A DNA stretch of 64,000 bases, from NCBI GenBank assembly GCA_015233675.1, contig JADFXH010000003.1, positions 153,279 through 217,278 on the forward strand, given 5' to 3'. Position numbers and translations under genes: made by a program. Numbering within the stretch: position 1 is the stretch's first letter; each line of letters opens with the position of its first letter. Below the pieces are notes generated by a model. It saw nothing but the letters and a program-made list of their open reading frames with translations, had not been told where the DNA came from and ran no database searches. Source of the stretch: Candidatus Omnitrophota bacterium (GTDB lineage Bacteria; Omnitrophota; Gorgyraeia; Zapsychrales; Fredricksoniimonadaceae). Positions 19,713 to 29,255 of this stretch are shown here, one piece after another.

Positions 19713-20788
19713 GTTATTCGATGAATTTTAAGAAAATTCTGATTATTAATCCTTATGGTATAGGGGATGTGCTCTTTACCACGCCGGTTATCAGTAACTT
19801 ACGGCGTGCTAATCCTAATGCCGTCATAGCATATTTAGCCAACAGCCGTACCGCGGATTTTCTTAAACATAATCCGGATATCAATAAGATTTTTGTATAT
19901 GACCGCGATAAATTTGTCGAAGTTTATCGCCAAAATCCTCTGAAATTTGCGCAGAAATGGGCTTTATTATTTAATGATATCCGTTGTGAGAAATTCGATG
20001 TCGTTTTTGATTTTTCGCTAAACAATATGTTTGGATTCTTATCTGCTGCCAGCGGCATAAAAAGACGTATAGGGTTTAATTACCGCGGTCGAGGGCAATT
20101 TTTAACTGGTAAGATCAAATTGGCAGGGTTTGAAGATAAGCATGTAGTGGATTATTTTCTGGATTTATTAGGTCTTGTAGATGTTCCGGTAGTGGAGAGA
20201 CATTTGACCCTTGCTGTTCCTTCCCAGGATTGCAGTTGGGCTAAAGACTGGATCCTTAAAAGTGGCATAGACGTCCGTAAACCTTTGGTGGCAGTGTTCC
20301 CCGGTGGTGGCGAAAGTTGGGGGAAGCAGGCTAGATACAGGCTTTGGGGCGCCGCTAATTACGCTCAATTAGTGGACAAAGTCATTGAAAATTTCGACGC
20401 TGCCGTTATACTGTTAGGAGATTCGAAAGATAAGGATTTGTGTCGGGAAGTTTCCCGCTTGTCACACTTTGCTTTGTATGATGCGGCGGGACAAACTTCT
20501 TTACTGGGATTGGCAGCGCTCTTTAAAAAATGCCGGGCGGCCATTATCAACGATGCGGGGGCTGTGCACGTGGCAGCGGCCCTCGGAGTCAAGGCTCTGT
20601 CAATTTACGGCCCCGTAGACCCGAATGTGTACGGTCCGTATCCTCCCGTAGAACACATGACTGTTCAAAAGGGTTTGCCTTGTCAGCCATGTTATCGTCG
20701 TTTTCGTATGCCGTATTGCAGTCATATAAGCTGCTTGCGTGATTTATCCGTCGAAGAAGTTTACAGAAAGGTCCAAAGTATCTTATGA
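19709..20788 (+). CDS. glycosyltransferase family 9 (LPS heptosyltransferase-like)
   Basis: ILIINPYGIGDVLFTTPVISNLRRANPNA and C-terminal INDAGAVHVAAALGV are typical of GT9. Confidence 0.85.
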   Translation: MSYSMNFKKILIINPYGIGDVLFTTPVISNLRRANPNAVIAYLANSRTADFLKHNPDINKIFVYDRDKFVEVYRQNPLKFAQKWALLFNDIRCEKFDVVFDFSLNNMFGFLSAASGIKRRIGFNYRGRGQFLTGKIKLAGFEDKHVVDYFLDLLGLVDVPVVERHLTLAVPSQDCSWAKDWILKSGIDVRKPLVAVFPGGGESWGKQARYRLWGAANYAQLVDKVIENFDAAVILLGDSKDKDLCREVSRLSHFALYDAAGQTSLLGLAALFKKCRAAIINDAGAVHVAAALGVKALSIYGPVDPNVYGPYPPVEHMTVQKGLPCQPCYRRFRMPYCSHISCLRDLSVEEVYRKVQSIL

Positions 20789-21888
20789 GTATTCCCTTTA
20801 TTGATTTTAAAGAACAAAACCGTTTGATTCAAGGTGAGGTTGATTCAGGGTTTAAAAAAGTATTTGAAAAGGGTGATTACATTTTAGGAGAGCAAGCCCG
20901 TATTTTTGAATCGGCTTTTTCCCAATTTTGTGAAGTTCATTACGGAGTAGGAGTTAATTCCGGTACAGATGCTTTGCATCTGGCCTTGGTCGCTTTGGAT
21001 ATTAAAGAAGGGGATGAAGTTATCCTCCCGACCCATACATTTATTGCCACCGCATTGTGCGTTTCTTTTTGCCGCGCCAAACCGGTTTTTGTGGATGTTG
21101 ATACGGATACCTATAACATTGATCCTAAAGCGTTTCAAGCGGCGATAACGAAAAAAACAAAAGCGGTCATTCCTGTGCATATTTACGGGCAGCCGGCCAA
21201 TATGGATGAAATTGTTGCGATTGCCCATAAACACGGCATTAAGATCGTCGAGGACGCAGCTCAGGCGCATGGCGCGCGTTATAAGGGCAAGCGCGTTGGA
21301 TCAATGGGGGATGTGGCTTGTTTTTCTTTTTATCCAACCAAGAGTTTAGGGGCCTGCGGGGATGCCGGGATGATCGTGACAAACAACAAAGATATTTATG
21401 AAAAAGCGCTGATGCTCCGCGATTATGGACGTCAGGGGCGTTATGAACATAAGATCAAGGGAACCAATTCGCGTTTAGATACGCTTCAAGCCGTGGTCCT
21501 TAATGCTAAATTAAAATATTTAGACCTTTGGAACGATATGCGTGCGAAAAATGCCGCCTATTATGCGGAACTTCTAAGGCCTCTTAAAGAAGTAATCACT
21601 CCTATTACTAAGGAAGACCGTACGCATGTGTTTCAGACCTATGCTGTCCTTGTCCCTAATCGCGATAAAGTCGTTGAAGCGATGAAAGCGCAGGGTGTCA
21701 GTGTGCTCATTCATTATCCGATTAGTTTGCACCTGCAGGAGGCTTATGAGGACTTGGGCTATAAAAAAGGCGATTTCCCTATAGCTGAAAAAGTGGCTTG
21801 TGATGTTATGAGTTTACCGATGTTTCCGCATATGACCAAGGAACAAATCGAAGTTGTGGTTGCGGCCTTGAAAAAGTCTTTATCGTAA
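20785..21888 (+). CDS. DegT/DnrJ/EryC1-family sugar aminotransferase (PLP Lys present)
   Basis: GVNSGTDALHLAL, VEDAAQAHGA, FSFYPTKSLGACGDAG. Confidence 0.9.
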   Translation: MSIPFIDFKEQNRLIQGEVDSGFKKVFEKGDYILGEQARIFESAFSQFCEVHYGVGVNSGTDALHLALVALDIKEGDEVILPTHTFIATALCVSFCRAKPVFVDVDTDTYNIDPKAFQAAITKKTKAVIPVHIYGQPANMDEIVAIAHKHGIKIVEDAAQAHGARYKGKRVGSMGDVACFSFYPTKSLGACGDAGMIVTNNKDIYEKALMLRDYGRQGRYEHKIKGTNSRLDTLQAVVLNAKLKYLDLWNDMRAKNAAYYAELLRPLKEVITPITKEDRTHVFQTYAVLVPNRDKVVEAMKAQGVSVLIHYPISLHLQEAYEDLGYKKGDFPIAEKVACDVMSLPMFPHMTKEQIEVVVAALKKSLS

Positions 21889-21921
21889 AAGACCGCAGGG
21901 GCCAGTAAAGAAAGGCTTACA

Positions 21922-22707
21922 GTGACTTTACCGCTGAGCGTTGTTGTTATTGCAAAAAATGAGCAGGGTCGGATCAAGGATTGCCTTGATAGTGTCCATG
22001 GTTGGGCAGATGAAATAGTGGTGGTGGATGATGAGAGCACGGATGATACGCGTTCTATTGTTTTGAAATACACAGATAAAATATTTACCCGTCATATGGA
22101 TTTAGAGGGGAAACAGCGTAATTTTGGGGCTTCAAAGGTAAAGAATGACTGGATTTTGCTTTTGGATTGTGATGAACGAATGACGGATGATCTTAAGAGT
22201 GAGTTAGCCGTTGCATTGAAAGAAGGGGATCCTAAAATTGCAGCTTATTGGGCTCCGCAGATTAATTATTTAGGGGATGTGCAGTTAAATCATGGAGGTT
22301 GGTCCAATCTCCATATCCGTTTATACAATAAAAATTATGTGAGATGGTCTGAGGCGGATTATGATGTCATTCATCCCGGTCTCAACTTTTCAGACGGGTA
22401 TCGCGGCGCGAATTTGAAGGCAAAGACGATCCATTATAGTTTCCGCAGTGTGGAGGATTTTATCGCCAAGATCAATCGTTATTCGACTTTGGAAGCAACC
22501 AAATGGTACTTGGACAAGCGGAAAATGTCTTTTGGTAAAGCAATGTGGCGTTCGTGGGACCGCTTTTTCAGGCGTTTTATCGCGAAGAAAGGCTATAAGG
22601 ACGGTTATTATGGTTTTGTTGCGGCGGTCTTAAGCGGTTTTCATGAATTTGCCGCATACAGCAAGTACAGGGAAATTCAGGAAAAAAAGTATTATATCAA
22701 CAGATAA
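21922..22707 (+). CDS. glycosyltransferase family 2 (LPS-core type)
   Basis: GTG start. LSVVVIAKNEQGRIKDCL, VVVDDESTDDT, LLLDCDE. Confidence 0.8.
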   Translation: MTLPLSVVVIAKNEQGRIKDCLDSVHGWADEIVVVDDESTDDTRSIVLKYTDKIFTRHMDLEGKQRNFGASKVKNDWILLLDCDERMTDDLKSELAVALKEGDPKIAAYWAPQINYLGDVQLNHGGWSNLHIRLYNKNYVRWSEADYDVIHPGLNFSDGYRGANLKAKTIHYSFRSVEDFIAKINRYSTLEATKWYLDKRKMSFGKAMWRSWDRFFRRFIAKKGYKDGYYGFVAAVLSGFHEFAAYSKYREIQEKKYYINR

Positions 22708-22766
22708 ATAATAGAGTTCCTTAACTCTTCTTTTTTATAAAAAGGGAAGGCCTCGCTGAGTTCGTT

Positions 22767-23354
22767 ATGAAGGTTATTTTTCTCGATAGAGATGGCGTTA
22801 TCAATGAGTTTCCGGGCAACGGCTCTTATGTGACAAAGGTCAAAGATTTTCATTTTATACCCGGATCTTTGGAAGCGATCCGCGCTTTGACCCAAAGCGG
22901 GCATAAAATATTTGTTATTTCCAACCAGGCTGGAGTGGGTAAGGGTGTTTATTCCCTAGCTAAACTTAAACGCATTGATGCCAAGATGATAAAAGCTGTG
23001 GAAAAAGCCGGCGGTAAGATACGTAAAAGTTTTTATTGCACGCACCGTTCGGATGCCGGCTGCGACTGCCGTAAACCCGGCATAGGGTTATTAAAAAAGG
23101 CGCTCAAGTCTCTTAATAAAACTATTGTCCATGCCCAAAAGGCTTTTTTCGTCGGAGATACTGAGGGTGATATCAAGACCGGGCACAATGCCGGCTGTAA
23201 AACCATTTTTGTCCTTTCAGGCCGCGAAGACCGCCTCTATATGCGCAAATGGACGGTCAAACCTGATTATATAGTCAAAGATTTGAAAGCAGCCGCTAAA
23301 ATTATCCAAAATGAAAATTCTAGTCATACACGCAACAGCAGGAGCAGGGCATAA
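22767..23354 (+). CDS. gmhB: D-glycero-D-manno-heptose 1,7-bisphosphate phosphatase
   Basis: HAD motif I FLDRDGVIN, zinc-loop CDCRKPGIGLL, FFVGDTEGD. Confidence 0.85.
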   Translation: MKVIFLDRDGVINEFPGNGSYVTKVKDFHFIPGSLEAIRALTQSGHKIFVISNQAGVGKGVYSLAKLKRIDAKMIKAVEKAGGKIRKSFYCTHRSDAGCDCRKPGIGLLKKALKSLNKTIVHAQKAFFVGDTEGDIKTGHNAGCKTIFVLSGREDRLYMRKWTVKPDYIVKDLKAAAKIIQNENSSHTRNSRSRA

Positions 23355-24393
23355 AAAAGCAGCAGAGGCTATTTACCTCGGCTTAAAAGCTAAGGGAGGC
23401 CATGACGTTCGTCTGCTTGACGCGTTGGATTACACCAATCCTTTTTTTAAGAAGAACTATCCCTGGTTTTATTCCTTTTTAGTCACACGACTGCCTTGGG
23501 CCTGGGGGTTTTCCTTCGGCTTACTTGACCTTCCTTGGATGCAGCCATTGGTCCGAAGTGTGCGTCGCCTGTACAACGGCTTTAATGCCCGGCCATTGCA
23601 GGAATTTTTAATACAGGAACAGTTTGACGCTGTGATCACGACTCATTTTTTGTCGGCGGAAGTCGGCGCTTATCTTAAACGCAAAGGGAGAATTAAATCC
23701 AAGATCATTTGCGTCGTGACGGATTTCGATGTGCATCGCATCTGGGTGAATAAGGGCATTGATGTTTATACAGCGGCCTGTGAATACACCAAAAATAAAT
23801 TGATTGCCTTAGGAGTGCCGTCGGAAAAGATTTTTACGACCGGCATTCCGACGGATTCCAAGTTTGGCTTACATCCGGATATAGTTGCATTAAAGAAAAA
23901 ATTAGGGCTTCATGAGGGCATACTGACGATTCTCATCGCGACAGGGTCTTTTGGCATTGGGCCGGTAGAAGAGCTTATGGAATTACTTGCACAGTATCAA
24001 CTGCTGATTGTTTGCGGGCATAACCGGGATACATATAAACGTTTAAAGCCTTTGGCGAAAAAGAACGCGCATGTTTTGGGATTGGTTGATAATATGGATG
24101 AGTTAATGTCTGTTTCGAATGTCATGGTGACTAAACCCGGAGGGCTGTCTATTTCGGAAGCATTGGTAAAAAGATTGCCGATGGTATTTTTTAGCGCCAT
24201 CCCCGGGCAGGAAACTAATAATATCAAGGTATTAAGCAGTTATGAAATATCACAAGGTCAATGTTCTTTGCCTCAGATCGTCCAGACCATTCATGAGTGG
24301 GATTCTCACCCTGAAGCTTTAGATGCTTTGCGCCATCGTATGAGCGAATTGTCCAAACCCAACGCTGTCGCAGACATCATCGCCTTACTATGA
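23311..24393 (+). CDS. MGDG-synthase-like diacylglycerol glycosyltransferase (GT28)
   Basis: MKILVIHATAGAGHKKAAEAI N-terminus and C-terminal VTKPGGLSISEAL. Confidence 0.75.
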   Translation: MKILVIHATAGAGHKKAAEAIYLGLKAKGGHDVRLLDALDYTNPFFKKNYPWFYSFLVTRLPWAWGFSFGLLDLPWMQPLVRSVRRLYNGFNARPLQEFLIQEQFDAVITTHFLSAEVGAYLKRKGRIKSKIICVVTDFDVHRIWVNKGIDVYTAACEYTKNKLIALGVPSEKIFTTGIPTDSKFGLHPDIVALKKKLGLHEGILTILIATGSFGIGPVEELMELLAQYQLLIVCGHNRDTYKRLKPLAKKNAHVLGLVDNMDELMSVSNVMVTKPGGLSISEALVKRLPMVFFSAIPGQETNNIKVLSSYEISQGQCSLPQIVQTIHEWDSHPEALDALRHRMSELSKPNAVADIIALL

Positions 24394-26168
24394 TCGCTCA
24401 AGTTGTTTTTGATTTGCCTCTCGATGGCCCCTTCGATTATTTGATCCCTGAGCATTTAATCCCTCAAGTTGTGCCAGGAACATGCGTTAAAGTGTCATTT
24501 GGAAACAAGACCAAAATTGGTTTTGTAGTCGGGATACTTTCTCAAAGCACATTTACAAAATTAAAGCCTGTAATGTCTTTGCAAGATTCCTCTGTGGTGT
24601 TTAGCGGCCTAGACTTATCTTTTGCGCATAAATTTTGTGCTTATTACGGCTGTAGTTTAGGTGAAGCGCTTGGGACGATGCTCAGGAACAAAACAGATCA
24701 CAGCCCTTGTGTCTGTCGAGACCATAAGCCGATGGCTTCTTTATATTGCTGCCGGCCCGACAGTTACGCTGTTAAAATTCAGGAAATCATAGACGGATAC
24801 ACAGATTCTGCGTCATTGGCTGGCAGTTTGTCATCCCCGCGAAAGCGGGAATCTTGTTTTTTGATTCTTGCGCCCGATATCTTCAGGAGCCAGACGCTTG
24901 CTTTACAGCTTAAGGGAAATTGTATTTTCAAGATAGGCATGCGATCTTCGGTGTTCGAATGCGACGGGCGGTATGATTGCGTCATTATGGTTGATGAAGA
25001 AGACCCCTCTTATAAGCAGGAATCAATGCCGATGTATGAAACGCGCCATGTTCTCTTGATGCGCTATGAAATGTACGGGTTTGATATTGCTTTTGTGGGT
25101 GTATCTCCGTCGGTAGAATTGATATCCATGGCCCGTGAAAAACAGATCAAGACCACTGAAAAGCTGGATGTAAGTTTACCCCCGGCGAAGGTGGTTGATT
25201 TATCTAATTATAAATTCATCCCTGGGCTGCTTTCCCCGCCGGTACGTGACGCGCTGGAGGCGGCATTGAAAGCAGGCAAAAAAAGTATTCTAGTTTTAAA
25301 CCGTAAGGGGTCGTATCGTTTGACCCGTTGTATTGATTGCGCAGAAATTCTAAAATGCAGCCATTGCGACAGCCCCTTGATCTATTCAAGGTCAGAAGGG
25401 AAGTATTTATGCCGTCATTGTACTTATACGGCCGCCGGGGACACGGTTTGCCCGAAATGCCATAAACCCAGCTGGCGGTCAGTCGGCATCGGGGTTGAAC
25501 AATTACAAGCAGAGTTAAAAAAATATTTTCCTCAGGCGAAAATTCTGGCCTTTGAGCGTACTACAAAACCGGCAATGAAGAGCCCTGAGACGAAACAATC
25601 TGTTTTTGATTTTGATATTTTAATTTCTACTAAGGCTGTCTTGCGTTTTCAAGGAAGGTGGCAGGCGCACATGGCGGCATTTATTGATTTTGATGCGGAA
25701 TTAAATCGTTTAGACATGCGTTCTGCTTTTAATGCTTTTAGTTTTGCTCTTCATATCAGCAGTATGGCGCTTGAAGCGGTATATATCCAGACTCGCAAGA
25801 GCCCTCATTATGTGCTGCGAAGCCTTTCTTGCGGTAAAACACAGGTATTTTATGATGAGGATTTGAAATTAAGAAGAGAATGTGGATTCAGCCCGTTTAA
25901 ACACTGGATTAAGATAAGTTGGCGGGGTAAATCAGAAAAATCAACACACCAAGCCGCCTGGCAAGTGTATAATAATTTAAACCAAACAGTAAATTACACC
26001 GTAACGCCCCCCTTGGCTGATGAGGTGGGCCGAAAACGCGACCAATTTCGTTTTAATGTGATGGTGCAGGCCAATCATGTGCCTCAAGCCATGATGTTTA
26101 TAAAATCTACCCTGGCTTCGATCAAACGCCACAGCAGGGTGATTGTTTCTTTGAATGTAGACCCTTAA
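24390..26168 (+). CDS. priA: primosomal protein N' (PriA)-like, helicase motifs degenerate
   Basis: PriA N-terminal DNA-binding domain (VVFDLPLDGPFDYLIP...GTCVKVSFGNKTKIGFV) and Cys-rich zinc region CIDCAEILKCSHCDSPL...CRHC...CPKC. DEED replaces DEEH. No GxGKT is present. Confidence 0.75.
   Translation: MIAQVVFDLPLDGPFDYLIPEHLIPQVVPGTCVKVSFGNKTKIGFVVGILSQSTFTKLKPVMSLQDSSVVFSGLDLSFAHKFCAYYGCSLGEALGTMLRNKTDHSPCVCRDHKPMASLYCCRPDSYAVKIQEIIDGYTDSASLAGSLSSPRKRESCFLILAPDIFRSQTLALQLKGNCIFKIGMRSSVFECDGRYDCVIMVDEEDPSYKQESMPMYETRHVLLMRYEMYGFDIAFVGVSPSVELISMAREKQIKTTEKLDVSLPPAKVVDLSNYKFIPGLLSPPVRDALEAALKAGKKSILVLNRKGSYRLTRCIDCAEILKCSHCDSPLIYSRSEGKYLCRHCTYTAAGDTVCPKCHKPSWRSVGIGVEQLQAELKKYFPQAKILAFERTTKPAMKSPETKQSVFDFDILISTKAVLRFQGRWQAHMAAFIDFDAELNRLDMRSAFNAFSFALHISSMALEAVYIQTRKSPHYVLRSLSCGKTQVFYDEDLKLRRECGFSPFKHWIKISWRGKSEKSTHQAAWQVYNNLNQTVNYTVTPPLADEVGRKRDQFRFNVMVQANHVPQAMMFIKSTLASIKRHSRVIVSLNVDP
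24830..24853 (-). repeat. REP-like hairpin copy inside the priA-like CDS (inverted orientation)
   Basis: GTCATCCCCGCGAAAGCGGGAATC is the reverse complement of the REP core with one mismatch. It is translated in frame as SSPRKRES. Confidence 0.7.
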
Positions 26169-26213
26169 GTGTGCGGCCTAAAGAATCCTTTGCAGAGAAA
26201 GGAACAGGGAATA

Positions 26214-27155
26214 TTGAAAATTATTTTCTTTGGAAGTGACGATTTTGCTGCAATACATCTGCAACATCTCTTGAAGGAGGAGGGGCATGATATCCTTTGT
26301 TGTGTCACCGGCCCTGATAAACAGCAGGGCAGGGGGATGAGGATTGCCAGTTCACCCATTAAACAAATAGCCGCAGAACACCATATTTCTTGCTTGCAGC
26401 CTTTGTCTTTAAAAGAGAGCTTTGTAGCCGATACTTTGAAGTCTTTTAAGGCGGATATTTTTGTAGTGGTTGCGTATGGGCGCCTCTTGCCACAGGCAAT
26501 TTTGGATATCCCCAAAATGCTTTGCATGAATGTGCATGGCTCGCTTCTTCCCAAGTATCGCGGGGCAGCACCTGTTAATTGGGCTATTCTTAATGGAGAA
26601 AAAGAAACTGGCGTGACCATACAGAAAATGGCTTTTAAACTCGATGCCGGCGACATTATAGCGCAGGAAGTGATAAGTATTGATGACGATGAAAATGCCG
26701 CTCAATTGCGCGAACGCATGGCCTTGGCAGGGGCCAAGTTATTGGTTAAAGTTTTAAAAGAATATCCCTTGGGCCAATTCTCATTAAGTCCCCAGGATGA
26801 AACCCTGACGACCTGGGCACCTAAGCTGACTAAGGAGATGGGAAAAATCGATTGGGGAAGCCAGTCGCGATCAATTATGAATCAGGTGCGGGGTCTTCAA
26901 CCTTGGCCGGGAGCATACACATTTTATAATGGTAAAATGCTTAAAATTATTCAAGTTGGGACCACGACAGAGGGTGTCGGCAACTGTACTCCAGGGCAGG
27001 TGGTAAAGATCGATAGAAACGGTTTTTATGTTGCTTGTTTAGACAAATGTCTCTTAATCAAAGAACTTCAGCCTACAGCCGGCAAGGTGATGCATGCAAA
27101 TAGCTTTGTGGCAGGGTATAAAATTTCTCAGGGGTCCTTATTGAGCCCTTCGTGA
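26214..27155 (+). CDS. fmt: methionyl-tRNA formyltransferase
   Basis: LKIIFFGSDDFA..., HGSLLPKYRGAAPVNWAI (the formyltransferase SLLP motif), and a C-terminal Fmt domain. The TTG 26214 start is inferred; GTG 26169 is also possible. Confidence 0.9.
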   Translation: MKIIFFGSDDFAAIHLQHLLKEEGHDILCCVTGPDKQQGRGMRIASSPIKQIAAEHHISCLQPLSLKESFVADTLKSFKADIFVVVAYGRLLPQAILDIPKMLCMNVHGSLLPKYRGAAPVNWAILNGEKETGVTIQKMAFKLDAGDIIAQEVISIDDDENAAQLRERMALAGAKLLVKVLKEYPLGQFSLSPQDETLTTWAPKLTKEMGKIDWGSQSRSIMNQVRGLQPWPGAYTFYNGKMLKIIQVGTTTEGVGNCTPGQVVKIDRNGFYVACLDKCLLIKELQPTAGKVMHANSFVAGYKISQGSLLSPS

Positions 27156-27210
27156 TTAATTTTTATTTCGTTGGTTTTATCTTAAACTTGTTTATGGTAT
27201 AATTTCACTC

Positions 27211-28185
27211 GTGTCTCAATTAAGAAAAGATCCTATTGTCGGCCGTTGGACCATTGTTGCCACTGAGAGGGCTCGACGTCCGGCAGCATTTGTAGATCCT
27301 CAATCTACAATAACTGACCGTAAGCAGTGTCCTTATTGCCAGGATACAGCATCCAAACGCATCTATGAGTCGCGTGGGGTAAAGGTGATCAATAGCCCCA
27401 GACCCGTTTTGAATGAAAGCAAGCCTTTCGAGAGTCACGCACACGGGCTATATGATGTAGCTCACAGTTACGGCAGCCATGAAATTGTCGTGGAAACCCC
27501 TGAGCATGTCGCGAATATGGCGGATTTGCCACAGGAGAAAATCAAAACTGTCATGCAAACTTACGCACTGCGCATGCAGGCACACCGCAAGAACCCTTTT
27601 ATTGAATATGTTTTAGCATATAAAAATTATGGTGTTGCCGCCGGCAGTCAAAATATCGGGCACTCCCGTTCGCAGATCATGGCGGTACCGGTTTTACCCA
27701 TGCGCGTTAAAGATAAAACCAGCGGGGCAAAAAAATATTTTGATTGTCATGAACGATGTCTTTTTTGTGATATAGTAAGCCAGGAATTAAAATATAAGGA
27801 GCGCGTGGTCGTCGAGAATGAGCATTTTGTGGTCATCACTCCCTTTGCTTCACGGTTCCCTTTTGAAACCTGGATCCTGCCTAAGAATCATCATTGTGAT
27901 TTTGCTGACGGAATTAATGGCTACGAAAATGACTTGGCGGCCATTATGAAAGATATTTTATTGCGTTTGAAAAGAGGATTAAACGACCCTGCATATAATT
28001 ACATGATACAGAACTCTCCCGTCAAAAATCCGCTTTCTTTTAAAGATAATTATCATTGGCATATTGAAGTAATGCCAAGATTAACACGGGTGGCCGGATT
28101 TGAAAGAGGCACCGGTTTTTATATTTGTCCCATCCCTCCGGAGATGACGGCAGCTTTTTTAAGAGAGGTTGATATTCATGCCTGA
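27211..28185 (+). CDS. GalT-family (HIT superfamily) nucleotidyltransferase-like paralog 1, HxHxQ degenerated to HSRSQ
   Basis: DPIVGRWTIVATERARRP, CPYCQD, SHEIVVETPEH, IGHSRSQIMAVP, CLFCDIV, YHWHIEVMPRL. Confidence 0.8.
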   Translation: MSQLRKDPIVGRWTIVATERARRPAAFVDPQSTITDRKQCPYCQDTASKRIYESRGVKVINSPRPVLNESKPFESHAHGLYDVAHSYGSHEIVVETPEHVANMADLPQEKIKTVMQTYALRMQAHRKNPFIEYVLAYKNYGVAAGSQNIGHSRSQIMAVPVLPMRVKDKTSGAKKYFDCHERCLFCDIVSQELKYKERVVVENEHFVVITPFASRFPFETWILPKNHHCDFADGINGYENDLAAIMKDILLRLKRGLNDPAYNYMIQNSPVKNPLSFKDNYHWHIEVMPRLTRVAGFERGTGFYICPIPPEMTAAFLREVDIHA

Positions 28186-29173
28186 ACTTAGACGAGATCC
28201 GGTGTTTGGACGTTGGGTGATCATGGACAGCAAGCATTCAAAGGGGCCTTTGGATTTTTCTAAAGAGGACAATACTCCCACCCGGCAGGAAATCTGTCCG
28301 TTTTGTCCCGGGCGGGAATATCAGACCCCCCATGAAGTTGACGCGGTACGTCCATCTAACAGTCCTGCTGATACGTCTGGATGGATGGTCAGGACAGTGC
28401 CTAATAAATTTCCGGTTTTGAATTCTGACGGAAATTTTCAAAAGGAAGGAATGGGCATTTATGACCAGATGACCGGCATTGGCGCTCATGAAGTTTTGAT
28501 CGAAAGTCCCGATCATGATAAAAGTCTTACCGAGTTAACTAAAGAAGAAATGAAAGCGGTGATAAGCCAGTACCAGTCACGTTTCCGTCAATTGTCAAAG
28601 GACAGCCGGTTTAAATATGTGGTGATTTTTAAGAATTTTGGCGCTTCTGCCGGGGCTACCATTGAACACACCCACAGCCAGATTATAGCTTTACCCATGG
28701 TCCCTAAAACAGTGCTGGAGGAGCTTAAAGGGGCAGAGGCCTATCATCAATCCCACGGTCGTTGCGTATTTTGCGATATGATCTCCCAGGAGTATCAGGA
28801 TAGAGAGCGCATCGTCGTGGAAAATAACAGTTTTCTGGCATTTTGCCCTTATGCGCCCCGTTATGCTTTTGAGACTTGGATCATCCCCAAAGGGCACAAT
28901 GCTGATTTTGTTCATGCGGATGATATCACCCAGACGCATTTAGCGCAAATTTTGCAAGACGTTCTTAAAAGGATCAAGAACGTTTTAGGCAATCCTTCGT
29001 ATAATTATTATTTGCATACGGCTCCTTTAGGGTATGTTAAGTGGGCGTGTTATCATTGGCACATCGAAATTATCCCGAAGCTGTCCCGTAGCGTTGGTTT
29101 TGAGTGGGGCGCCGGACTACATATTGTTCCTACATTCCCTCAAGATGCGGCCCGCTATTTAAGGGAAGCCTGA
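28178..29173 (+). CDS. GalT-family hexose-1-phosphate nucleotidyltransferase / ADP-glucose-phosphorylase-like paralog 2 (motifs intact)
   Basis: DPVFGRWVIMDSKHSKGP, CPFCPGRE, AHEVLIESPDH, EHTHSQIIALP (HxHxQ), CVFCDMI, YHWHIEIIPKL. The ATG overlaps the upstream stop. Confidence 0.85.
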   Translation: MPELRRDPVFGRWVIMDSKHSKGPLDFSKEDNTPTRQEICPFCPGREYQTPHEVDAVRPSNSPADTSGWMVRTVPNKFPVLNSDGNFQKEGMGIYDQMTGIGAHEVLIESPDHDKSLTELTKEEMKAVISQYQSRFRQLSKDSRFKYVVIFKNFGASAGATIEHTHSQIIALPMVPKTVLEELKGAEAYHQSHGRCVFCDMISQEYQDRERIVVENNSFLAFCPYAPRYAFETWIIPKGHNADFVHADDITQTHLAQILQDVLKRIKNVLGNPSYNYYLHTAPLGYVKWACYHWHIEIIPKLSRSVGFEWGAGLHIVPTFPQDAARYLREA

Positions 29174-29255
29174 AATTTAATCCGAAAATCAATCAGCCTT
29201 CTTAATTGACAATTCGGAACTTTTAAGTAAAATAGGGGTCTTGTTTTAGATTTAT

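Noticed and set aside
26165-26656. 163-aa minus-strand ORF, and other long antisense ORFs (54498-54989, 43168-43635, 61901-62398)
   Set aside because: Each lies fully inside a confidently assigned gene on the other strand (fmt, the lipoprotein, giant gene 1 and eno) and shows no motifs of its own.
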